From NCBI RefSeq assembly GCF_009914755.1, contig NC_060926.1: 64,000 nt of DNA; one strand, given 5' to 3'. Below the pieces are notes generated by a model that saw only the letters and a program-made list of their open reading frames with translations, was not told the origin of the DNA and ran no database searches. Position 1 is the first letter of the stretch, and each line of letters opens with the position of its first letter. The translations under genes were made by a program, and so were the position numbers. Below, one piece after another: positions 29,250-44,225 of this stretch. This DNA is from the human T2T-CHM13v2.0 reference genome, Homo sapiens.

Positions 29250-31721
29250 TGTATTAGTTTGTTCTCACGCTGCTGATAAAGACATACCCAAGAAAGGGCA
29301 AATTACAAAAGAAAGGTTTATTGGACTTACAGTTCCGCATGGCTGAGGAGGCCTCACAATCATGGCAGAAGGTGAAAGGCACATCTCACATGGTGGCAGA
29401 CAAGAGAACAGAGATTGTGCAGGGAAAACTCCCATTTTTAAAACCATCAGATCTCATGAGAATCATTCACCATCATGAGAACAGTGCAAGAAAGACCTGC
29501 CCCCATGGTGGCATGTGCCTGTAATCCCAGCTACTCAGGAGGCTGAGGCAGGAGAATTGCTTGAACCGGGACCTGGGAGGTGGAGGTTGCAGTGAGCCGA
29601 GATCATGTCACTACACTCCAGCCTGGACTACAGACTGAGACTCTTGTCTCAAAAAAAAAAAAAAAAGAAAGACCTGCCTCCATAATTCAATCACTTCCTA
29701 CTGGTTTCCTCCCACGACATGTGAGAATTGAGGGAGTTACAAGTCAAGATGAGATCTGGGTGAGGACACAGCCAAACCATATCATTCCTCCCCTAGTCCC
29801 TTCCAAATCTCATGTCCTCACATTTCCAAACCTATCATGCCTTCTCAACAGTCCCCCAAAGTCTTAACTCATTTCAGCATTAACTCAAAGTTCACAGTCC
29901 CAACATCTCATCTAAGATAAGGCAAGTCTCTTCTGCCTATGAGCCTGTAAAATCAAAAGCAAGCTAGTTATTTTCCAGATACAATGGAGGTACAGGCATT
30001 GGGTAAATGCAGCCATTCCAAATGGGATAAACTGGCCAAAACAAAGAGGCTACAGGCCCCATGCAAGTCCAAAATCCAGCTGGACAGTCAAATTTTAAAG
30101 CTCCAAAATGATCTCCTTTGACTCCATGTCTCACATCCAGGTCACGCTGATGTAAGAGGTGGGTTCACATGGTCTTGGGCAGCTCAGCCCCTGTTGTTTT
30201 GCAGGGTATAACCCCACTCCTGGCTGCTTTCATGGGCTGGCACTGAGTGTCTGCAGCTTTTCCAGCAGCACGGTGCAAGCTGTTGGTGGAGCTACTGTTC
30301 TGGGGTCTGGAAGATGGTGGCCCTCTTCTCACAGCTCCACTAGGTGGTGCCCCAGGAGGGACTCTGTGTGAGGGGGCTCCAACCCCACATTTCCCTTTCG
30401 CACTTCCCTAGCAGAGATTCTCCATGAGAGCCCCGCCCCTGCAGCAAACTTATGACTGGACATTCAGACATATCATACATCCTCTTGAAATCTAGGCAGA
30501 GGTTCCCAAACCTCAATTCTTGACTTCTGGGCACCTGCAGGCTCAATACCACATGGAAGCTGCCAAGAGTTTGGGCTTGCACCCTCTGAAGCCACAGCCT
30601 GAGCTTATCTTGGCCCCTTTTAGTCACAGCTGGAGTGGCTGGGACACAGGGCACCAAGTCCCTAGACTACACACAGCATGGGGACCCTCGGCCTGGCCCA
30701 TGAAACCATTTTTTCCTCCTAGGCCTCCTGGCCTGTGATGGGAGGGGCTGCTGTGAAGACCTCTGACATCCTCTGGAGACATTTTTCACATTGTCTTGGG
30801 GAGTAACATTTGGCTCCTTGTTACCTATGCGAATTTCTGCAGCCGGCTTGAATTTCTCCTCAGAAAATGTGATTTTCTTTTCTATCGCATTGTCAGGTTG
30901 CAAACTTTCCAAACCTTTATGCTCCACTTCCCTTATGAAACAATGCCTTTAACAGCACCCAAGTCATGTCTTGAGTGCTTTGCTACTTAGAAATTTCTTC
31001 CAACAGATACCCTAAATCATCTCTCTGAAGTTCAGAGTTCCACAAATCTCTAGGGCAGGGGCAAAATGCCACCAGTCTCTTCACTAAAACATAACAAGAG
31101 TCACCTTTTCTCCAGTGCCCAACAAGTTCCTCATCTCCATCAGAGACTACCTCAGCCTGGACCTTATTGTTCATATCACTATCAGCATTTTTGTCAAAAA
31201 GCCATTCAGCAAGTTTCTAGGAGATTCCAAACTTTCCCACATTTTCCTATCTTCTTCTGAGCCCTCCAAACTGTTCCAACCTCTGCCTGTTACCCAGTTC
31301 CAAAGTTGCTTCCATATTTTTGGATATCTTTTCAGCAACACCCTACTCCTGGTCCCAATTTACTGTATTAGTTCATTCTCATGCTGCTGATAAAGACATA
31401 CCTGAGACTGGGCAATTTACAAAAGAAAGAGGTTTACTGGACTTACAGTTCCACGTGTCTGAGGAGGCCTCACAATCATGGCAGAAGGTGAATGGCACCT
31501 CTCAAATGGTGGCAGACAAGAGAAGAGCGCTTGTGCAGGGAAAACTCCCATTTTTAAAATCATCAGATCTCATGAGACTCATTCACTATCACAAGAACAG
31601 CGCAGGAAAGACCCATCCCCATAATTCAATCACCACCCACTGGATTCTCCCATGACATGTGAGAATTGTGGGAGTTACAATTCAAGATGAGATTTGGGTG
31701 GGGATACAGTGAAACCTATCA
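29250..31721 (-). mobile_element. Full-length THE1 (MaLR) provirus: LTR 29250-29784 (with Alu insert), internal 29785-31363, LTR 31364-31721
   Basis: Two directly repeated LTRs (TGTATTAG...TATCA), THE1-int sequence between them, perfect 5-bp TSD CTTCC (29245-29249 / 31722-31726). Confidence 0.92.
29505..29664 (+). mobile_element. 5'-truncated Alu (right monomer) inserted in the THE1 LTR
   Basis: 17-bp TSD AAGAAAGACCTGCCCCC / AAGAAAGACCTGCCTCC. Confidence 0.88.
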
Positions 31722-31743
31722 CTTCCTGTGTGTCACTTGAGCA

Positions 31744-32040
<297 letters not shown>

Positions 32041-33449
32041 CACTTGAACATTTTTTAGAACTCCATTCTGAGTTATCTGTAGTGTTGATGAGTGTATCTT
32101 TTTGGCTAGTTTCCTTAGTGGTTGCTTCTAGGTATTAAGTTTATACATGCATAGCTTACCACAGTCTACTAGTGTTAACATTCCAGTTGGAGTGATGTAT
32201 AAAACCTTACCTTCCTTTAGTTCTTTACTTTCCCTAGCTTGTAATATAGTTGTCTTAAATATTTCCTCTACATACATTAAGAATCTTATCACACAGCACC
32301 AAACATAATTTGGAAAACCTGAAAGAAGATCCATAGTATTTACCTATATTTTTACTATTTCCATTGTTTATTCTTTCTTCCTGATGCTCTAAGAGTCTTC
32401 TTTTTATCATGTCCTATTTAGAGAATCTCCTTTAACCATTCTTTTAGGGTAGGTCTGCTGGTGACAGATTTTTAGACTTTATCTGAGATTGTCCCTGTTT
32501 CCTCTTCATTCCAAAAGGATATTTTAATTAGATAGAGAATTCTGAGTTGACAGTTATTTTTGTTTGACACTTGAAAACTATTGTGTCATTTCCTTCTGTT
32601 CTCCGTGGCTTCTAATGAGAAATTCATCATCATTCAAATTGTTTTTTTCCTGTTGGCTAACCTAAATGCTGTTTCTTACTGTTTTCAAGGTATTTTCGTT
32701 GTGTTTCAGTTTTCAGAAGTTTACGGTGTATCTGGCATGAATTTCTTTGGTTTACCCTGCTTGGGGTTTGCTCAGCTTCTTCAATCTATAGGTTTATGTC
32801 TTTTGTCAAATTTGGGGATTTTTTTCAGCCATTATTTTCTCAAATACCTTTGCAACTCCAATTATTTCTTCCAGTGCCGTTTCCCTCTATCTAGTAGTGT
32901 TGTGGTTTTTATTAACAGTACATCACCCTCCTCTCCCAACCCCAGTTCAGAACCAGATCTTGACGTAGAGTTTAGAGTTCTTGATCTAAGATGATGTCAG
33001 ATATGTCACTGATCCATTAAAAGGCCCACTTGTTGACATGGTTCTGCTTCTGGTGTCATGGCTATGTCTTTGTCCTCCTACTTGCTTAGGCTCACTACTT
33101 TTTATGAGAAGCAGGGGCAACCTTTTTTTTTTTTTTTTTTAACCCTACTGGCTTCCAGCAACAATAAAGCAATATCTATTTCTCTATCATGGGGTGATAT
33201 ATAGCATACAAATCCAGCCCCTTGCTACCCCATGCTCCTTCTGGACTCAGAGCCCAGGAAACCTCTAGTTTTTGTCTCACTTTACTCTTCTATCTTCTAT
33301 TTGTGGTCCATTGACATATTTATCTTACTTTTGGGTATTACTCTGTCTTTTTAACTATCACTGCTTCATTGCTTCATATGTGGAGCAGAATGGTTGTGTT
33401 GAAGCATAAACTGGTTGAGAAGTTCTTGTACATTCTTAGAAAAAAAAAA

Positions 33450-33568
33450 ATAGAGCCAAGGTTTCACTATGCTGCCCAAGCTGGTCCCGAACTCCTGAGC
33501 TCAAGCAATCTCCCTGCCGTAGCCTCCCAAGTAGTTAGACTACAGGCACGAGCCACTGCACCCAGCCC
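33450..33568 (-). mobile_element. Alu monomer (FLAM-like)
   Basis: Single reverse left-monomer sequence. Confidence 0.75.
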
Positions 33569-34519
33569 CTCTTGCGTTTTTAATGCAGTTTGCTGAACGA
33601 AATCTCTGTAAATTATTTTGACTCTTCAGTTCTTCATTCTTTGGGTCTGGTTTTGCACAGAAAGCAGTGTGATTCTAAGCCAGTCATTCACCCTCTGTGG
33701 CTGCAGTTTTCTGAAATGCATAGTGAGATGGTTGGACTAAGTCCTTTTTAGTTCTTAGAGTCAATATGTCAAGAAAGATATAAAATTATCAAACAGAAGA
33801 AGTTACTCTTGATTCCAAACTTCAAAATTAGGATTCTCCAAATTGAAAAGATAAAAGCAGAGGTAGTATAGGATTTCAATTTTGATTATAGCAAAGGACT
33901 TCTTGGCCATTAGAAGTAGAAAACATTTCTTGAAAAACGAAGAAGAACCTTAGAATAACATGCAGTCTTACAGTAATCACAAGGTAGTAATTATAAGGAG
34001 TTTGTATTCCAAGAGTCCAGGTGGTAAATATACATAATTTCAGGAAAAGTTTAAACATATATATATTAGCAATCGAAGGAAGTGGGATTTTGTTAATGTG
34101 GAAAACAATCCAGCTGCCCATAAAATACTCCTATATTCCTACTACTAGGGATGTGGAATACAGTGAGTGGAATTTGACCTAATATAACACATTTGGGATT
34201 ATTTTAAATTATCATTTTAAAGCTTTGTTTTGGAAGTGTTATAATAAAATATTTTCATCTAAAATAAAAATTAACTATTATCCATTCCTTTGGAAGATGT
34301 CAATTTTGGCCATAACATTTTAGAATTTGAATTCTTCATTCCATAAATCCCTTTGTGTTTCATTGTTTTATGTAAGTTTTATGATGAACTTCTTGCATAG
34401 AGCATTTTATAAGAGATTGAATTTCAATAAAAATATAATTTATGGGCCTAGAGATCTTGAGGAAAAATATAACTGTATCTGAACTATTAGGACTGTCTGT
34501 CTTAGTGACAGAGTAATGA

Positions 34520-34856
<337 letters not shown>

Positions 34857-34891
34857 TGGGTCACATCTTTTCTTTTAAAAGACCATTTTTT

Positions 34892-35190
34892 TGCTGGGTG
34901 CAATGGCTCACACCTGTAATCCCAGCACTTTGGGAGGCCGAGGCAGGCAGATCACCTCAGGTCAGGAGTTCGAGACCAGCCTGGCCAACATGGTGAAACC
35001 CCGTCTCTACTAAAAATACAAAAATTAGCTGGGCGTGGTGACAGGGACCTGTAATCTCAGCTACTTGGGAGGCTGAGGCAGGAGAATCACTTGTACCTGG
35101 GAGGCGGAGGTTGCAGTGAGCCTAGATCATGCCACTGCATTCCAGCCTGGGCGACAGAGCGAGACTCCTTCTCTAAACAAATAAATAAAT
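34892..35190 (+). mobile_element. AluS (Sx-like), right member of a head-to-head pair
   Basis: TSD AAAGACCATTTTT / AAAGGCCATTTTT; (TAAA)n tail. Confidence 0.92.
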
Positions 35191-35484
35191 AAAAGGCCAT
35201 TTTTACCTAAAATTTCAATTACTTTTCTGGCAAACCTATCTCAGATATTAAGGAATTCACTTAATATAATTTATTACTAGCATAGGAGTCCAACTCTGAA
35301 TTCATTTATGTCATACCTGATATAAAAAGAAAAACATTACAGAATTACATGAAGTAAAAAGTGAAAGTTCTCCCCTTGCCATCTTCCTCACTTAGTGTAG
35401 CCACTGTTAACTCTTTGGGACATGGAAATGGTGACATTTCAAAGAGCTTTTTACATGATTTCAAAAGGGAAAATCTCATTTCAG

Positions 35485-35559
35485 GTTCTGAGCAACATTC
35501 ATACAGTCAGAGCCACATGGCAACCTAAAAAGCCCAAAACATGGACCTTTTCTCCCCAG
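35485..35559 (+). CDS. NPHP1: NPHP1 exon 12 (75 nt; VLSNIHTVRATWQPKKPKTWTFSPQ)
   Basis: TTTCAG| acceptor, CAG|GTAAGT donor. Confidence 0.95.
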
Positions 35560-36500
35560 GTAAGTAATCTGCTGAATGAGTGGAGTGAGTGAATTTCAAA
35601 GTAGAACATATTCATATTTCTATAAATAGCACAGAGTATGTGGGAACAGATATAAATCTTTAGATTCTTTGGTGTTCTTTGAGGACATTGATAAAAATTA
35701 CTCATGTTTCTGACTCACCAATGTTAGTAATTCCTATGAATCATCCCATTCAATCAGTTTCAGGGTTCATTTTTAGAAAATTCTCATTTGATGAAAAATG
35801 AAAACATAAAGATAACATTTAGGAAGTGGGGTGTTTTTCAAAGATGAAATCTTCCAACTGTGCTAATAAAAGCTGTGCTTTCTTCAGATAAAGTCAGGGA
35901 TGACGCCTGAGGGACTGCTACATTACACCCACACACTGTCAAGACTGGAATGGCATTAGGTGGGTTTAAACCACTGAGTCAGCATTGCATAGACGTAGGG
36001 AGGACAAAGATGTCTTCGTGTTGTTTTTATAGTATCAATTGTCCATATTTTATTTTACATTACTTTCGTCTACCTCCAAGGTCTCATTAATTTAGTATTT
36101 ACTTCCTTCCCACAGCTAACTCCCTTGTATAACTGCATCCTGAAAACCCTTAGTTACCTTTCCTCTTATTGCATCAAAAGATCTTAAGGCAAGATGGAGG
36201 TTCAGTGAGAGGGCTCAGGGTGTGGATGAGGCCAGCCACCTCAACTGTGTGCTGTGCCTGTCCAGACTTGTCGAGAGCACACCTCCTAAAAGTCCATCTT
36301 GATCTTCTTAGCACCCTTCCTCTGGTGAGAAGCATGGCCTCTCTTTTGGCACAGTACTTCACAATTCTGTTATTGCGTCTCTGTGTATGTGAAGAGTTTA
36401 GGGTAGAATTTTTTAATGTTTTTCCTGGGGTAGAAGGAAGAACTGTTGGGAGTATGTGTTATTCTGTTGAATGAAATTAAACATCAGTTATGTGCAAGCA

Positions 36501-36563
36501 TTTTTTCCTAGGCACGTGGAAACTTTTTCATGCCAGTGAAGTTCCTATTCCAGCAAAATTAGT
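36501..36563 (+). other. Degenerate duplicate of NPHP1 exon 14 (pseudo-exon remnant) in intron 12
   Basis: 36520-36557 matches 38951-38988 at 36/38 nt; preceded by a TTTCCTAG acceptor and followed by a dead donor ATTAGT. Confidence 0.75.
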
Positions 36564-37255
36564 AGGGGAAAATACATACATGAAGAATAACAATATCATC
36601 TACTTATGGAACCCTAACTGTGTGCTAGGCCCTGTGCCAGGCTCTTACGTACATTACCTTATTTAATCAGAGTAGCCATGTGGGGCAAGTACTGTTGGTA
36701 ACTACCACTCAGGCAGATTGTAATGGCTTTGGAGCTCCAAGTGCTTTGGAAGCACACAGGAGGGTAAAGTTAATTCTAGTCCTTTGGCTCAGGGAAAGTT
36801 TTCTAGAAGAGAAACTAGATCTTGAAGGTTGGATAGATTTTACAGTCAAGAAGGGAGGGATACAGTTGTCGAGGGAGAGTGAATTGAATGAGCAAAAGAG
36901 AAAATAAATGAAAATTCACAAGGCACACATTAGGAAAGTTGAGCAAATATGTGTATTCAGTCTTTAATTTTTGTTCTGTTTATGAAGAACAGTGGTTAAT
37001 ATAAATATCTTATAATGTCTATAAACTATTATTTGTAACACCTCTGGAGACCTAGGCACAGTACTATTAGCCTCTACTCTAAGCAAAAAATAAGCAAAGG
37101 TAAAGGTATTTTCCCTTTAAAAGTGAAGTTAAATTTTTAAAATTTGTAATCATTGGCATTGATGAATTCAGTCCATCTGCTTTTTGTTTTTCTTAAAAGG
37201 CTTTTATTATAATGCAAAGGCATAAACTATTTACTAACAAATAGGGCTGAAACCC

Positions 37256-37852
<597 letters not shown>

Positions 37853-38905
37853 TAATGTATCAGTTAAAAGGGAAGGTTAAAAAATGTGTCTATTGACAAG
37901 GAAATCCTTGAAGTCTTTATGTGTAATTGAATTTTAATCCCTTGAGGAATGAGAATGCCAGTGATTCTAATTTTATGTGTGCTGATTTGTTTTCGTAGCA
38001 TTTAAAATAATAGTACTTATTCACATTTATAGCTTGAGTGAACTCCAGTGCTTTTAAAGAATAAAAATTCAAAAAGGATGGGACTTTGCAGAAAGTGAGA
38101 AAAGATGCTCACTGGCATCCCAGCGCCATGGTTCACCTCTGTCTTCCAGGGGCAGAGTATACTTAGCCTTGTAACTGAGGTTTCTAATTAAGGGACTTAG
38201 CAGAGTAGTGACTTTTATAAAGTGAGTTTAACTTATGTCATATAAACTACTGAACCAGTGGGTGGGGCTCTGTGCTAGTAATTAAATGTTTCCACATACT
38301 AATAATAGCTTGATAGGTATAGTATATATAGTTGACCTCATGGTAACCCAGAGAGCGTTACAGAGATGTTACATTAATGGTATTACACTGTCCATTCATT
38401 TGTTTAAGGCAAATTCATCCATATGTATTGTGGAGGGGGTAGGACTGGGGAAAGGAGCAGGCCCCCCAAAGGAAGCCTTAGGGGCCTCTAGCAACTGACA
38501 GTGGGGGTAAAATTCCAAGCAGAAAAGCCCTTGAATGATTAATATCTGCATTCTATCTGTCAGTGAAACAAAGGTTCATCATCCCATGTAGTACTGATAT
38601 GATTTGAGATCACTCCACAGAATGCTTATATCAGTCAAGAGACAATGGCAGCAGTTGCCACATCATTGGTTTAAGGGATTTTCGAGAGCAATTTTGACAA
38701 AATATGATTATCACTTGATATACTACCTTTAATATCTGACCCGCAGGCAAAATGAGATTCTACTGTGTTTCATTTTATTTTCTTGTGAAGAACTTTTTAG
38801 TTCTAAAGGTGAATACTAATTTTGTTCCTTTAAAAGGACTTGGTATGTGCTTATAAATTTGACTAGTTCAGACCTTAAGTTTCATATACTTGTCTTATTT
38901 CCTAG

Positions 38906-38988
38906 TCAACTGGTGAAAGAGGAGAGTTAAGCTGTGGCTGGGTGTTTCTTAAACTTTTTGATGCCAGTGGAGTTCCTATTCCAGCAAA
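38906..38988 (+). CDS. NPHP1: NPHP1 exon 14 (83 nt; STGERGELSCGWVFLKLFDASGVPIPA)
   Basis: TTTCCTAG| acceptor, AA|GTAAGT donor. Confidence 0.95.
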
Positions 38989-40148
38989 GTAAGTTGGCTA
39001 TATATTCCTAACGAATGAATACTTCTGTAAAAATTCATTTTTTAGACTCTTGATACCTCAGGTTTGTTCTATGAGCATGCCAATAACTTTTGGGGAGAGG
39101 ACTTTTTATGTTGACTTTAGTGTTGTTTAGGCAGTGTATGAAAACAGCATGCACAGTCTCATCCTAAGGAGGAAGAAATGACTCCTAGAGAAGAGGTATT
39201 TTAAAAGATGTTTGCACTAGCCATCTGCTGAGAATATTCTTTCAGTAATTTCCTATGGTATTAACACATTTCACCATGCTGAAAACAGAGCCTAGTTGTC
39301 TTCAAAGAGTGGGAAAGTTAAGTCCAGAGTCCAGAGGTCCTCTGTGAGTCTCTACCCTTCCTCTGTAGGTGGGACATTGAAATCACAGTGGCAACCACGG
39401 TAAATGATTTAAACTTTAAGATCAAAAGGCAGACTGGAAGCAAATACTGCAATATGTACAGAAGAGTTAGAAGATCATTATCCCTAATATAAAAGGAACT
39501 CTCAAAAATTAATAAGAAAAAGATCATCTAAATTTTAAAATGGAGGAAAAGAAAGATCTAAATCTAGGATATAAACAAGAAATTCAAGAAGGGACACAAA
39601 TGGGCAGGCAGTAGGATGGTGATTAAGATCCCAAATTTGGATTATAAAATTTTGGGCTCCAGTCCCAGCTCTACCCATGTAACTGTAGGTGGATTTCTTA
39701 ACATCTCCAAGTCTGAATTTCACCTATCTTTAATCTGGAAGATTGTAATAATTCCTACTCCAAAGGCTTGTTGTGAGGATTAATTTAGATAATGCGCCTT
39801 ATGTGGCCTCCTGCCACATTGGCAGAGGTAGAAGTCCTGACTGTACAAGTCCTTTGACATCATCCTAGAGGGTGCATTACCTGGGGTGCCAGGTTTCTTG
39901 TGATTGTTATTTGCTTTTTTGTTTTTGTCTTTTAATATGCTCAGGGTTTTTAGTTGTGCTTAGTGGAAGAAATAAGGAATTGTATATCTATTCCATCTTT
40001 CTGAAAGTGAAGTCACAGCTATTTTTTTAAATGAGGTAGAGCTCTGTGTATTAATATAGACACATTTTCAGTGTATTAGTATATGGAAAAAGTTGCAGAA
40101 TATTTTGAATACTGTGACTCCACTTTTGTTCATTAAAAACTATTTGTG

Positions 40149-40705
<557 letters not shown>

Positions 40706-41013
40706 TCACTTTTTACTTATCATTCCTCTGCCATTCAAACTTTTTATAATAATCTACACGTTACTTTTATATTTTAAAAATAATATAAGTTCATAGTGGC
40801 CTCATTTCAAATAATGATTTAACACATTTGAAAAATACATTAAAAAAAATCACTTGTCATTAATGTAAGTCATTAAGGTCTGAACACGTTAATGACTTGA
40901 ATTAATTTTTCTCATTTTCAAGGAAAAATGTATTTTCTACAGTGTATAGTTAGGAAAGATAATTTTCTGCAGCTTATAATTAGGAAAGAAAGACTGTTTA
41001 TTTGCCCAGATAG

Positions 41014-41286
<273 letters not shown>

Positions 41287-42099
41287 TAAACAAATAGAAG
41301 CATCTGAGAGGTAGCTACATTCTAATAAGCATAGCGTTTTTTACTTGAATTCACACTTTTAAAAATATGTCATTTGATATAAAAATTTTAATCATTTTTA
41401 AGTACTTATTTTCTTGGTAACACATATGAGACTCTAAGACATCATGAAGAATGAAATCATGAAGAATGAGAACTAATGCATTAGTTCCTTTTCATTGACC
41501 ACTGAACTGATACTTGTGACTAATACAGAGACTGCCTATTGCTGGGTCAAAGGATGCAGACATTTGAAACAGTAATATGCATGCCAAATTGCCCTCTAGA
41601 AATATTGAGCATCTTTTACTATGTTCATTAACCAGGCACTGTGCTAGATAATGGGAGAATGAAGAGCAAGACAGATATGGTCATTGCCTCATGGGGCTCA
41701 GAGCCTGACAGATTTGGAATTCCATTTCCACTCCTCAGCCACCCCTCTATTTGTTTGGTGATTCAAGACATGCCACCTCTGCTGACCCCACAACGCCAGT
41801 CCTGCCTTCTTGGAACAGAAAGGAGTTTGGGGTCTGGGATGCAGTTGGTTCTACCTGGAGTCAGACATGCTGTTTTCCTTTGTAATCTGGCAGCAATAAT
41901 GCTGTAACTCATGTGATTTAGCAAACAATCCTGTGCCCTTAGGGAGGTCTCTCAGCTCATTTAGGGTATATGGATGACTCTTGCCTTTCATTCAATTCAG
42001 CACTACTGGGTGGTATATTTTCATGAAATACTTGTTTTATTATACTCACTGTCTCAAGTACTTAAAGTTTCGTGAGTTACTTTTGATTTTTCTTAAAAG

Positions 42100-42199
42100 C
42101 ACACGGCAGTGTTTTCTACCAGATTATGACAATGAGAAGGCAGCCTCAACTTCTAGTGAAACTGAGATCCTTGAACAGAAGATCAAGAAATGTACTAAG
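42100..42199 (+). CDS. NPHP1: NPHP1 exon 16 (100 nt; [33 protein letters not shown])
   Basis: AAAG| acceptor, AG|GTGGGT donor; frame continuous. Confidence 0.94.
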
Positions 42200-42489
42200 G
42201 TGGGTACCTGCTTTTACCTGTCCAGTGAATTTGGGATCATTCAGCACTTGGAGACCATCTCTGCTTTTGGCTTTTCCTCATATTTAGTCATCTTTTGTTA
42301 TAATATTTTTGTCCTCTTTAATTCTTCCCCCAAAGGTCAGTAGGGAAATGGGTAACAAAGCTGAAATTAGCTTACTCTTCTATTTACTAGTTAGCTCTTC
42401 TAACCAAATCTGTTATTTGAGCCATCTAGTAAATAGAAGACTTGACTAAATGGGGCTTACCAATGCATGATTCTACCCTCAGGGAACTT

Positions 42490-44225
<1,736 letters not shown>

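Noticed and set aside
30159-31390. Several ORFs in a GC-richer block
   Set aside because: Broken THE1 internal ORF; part of the provirus.
35975-35984. TGAGTCAGCA (AP-1/MARE-like motif)
   Set aside because: A single 10-mer in 64 kb is not evidence of function without chromatin data.
40867-40898. 10-bp inverted repeat AAGTCATTAA / TTAATGACTT
   Set aside because: Short and AT-rich; compatible with chance or a local template switch.
41441-41470. Short tandem duplications (here and near 4670, 16368, 40581, 47257, 52880)
   Set aside because: Ordinary slippage duplications; not regularly spaced, no CRISPR-like or array structure.
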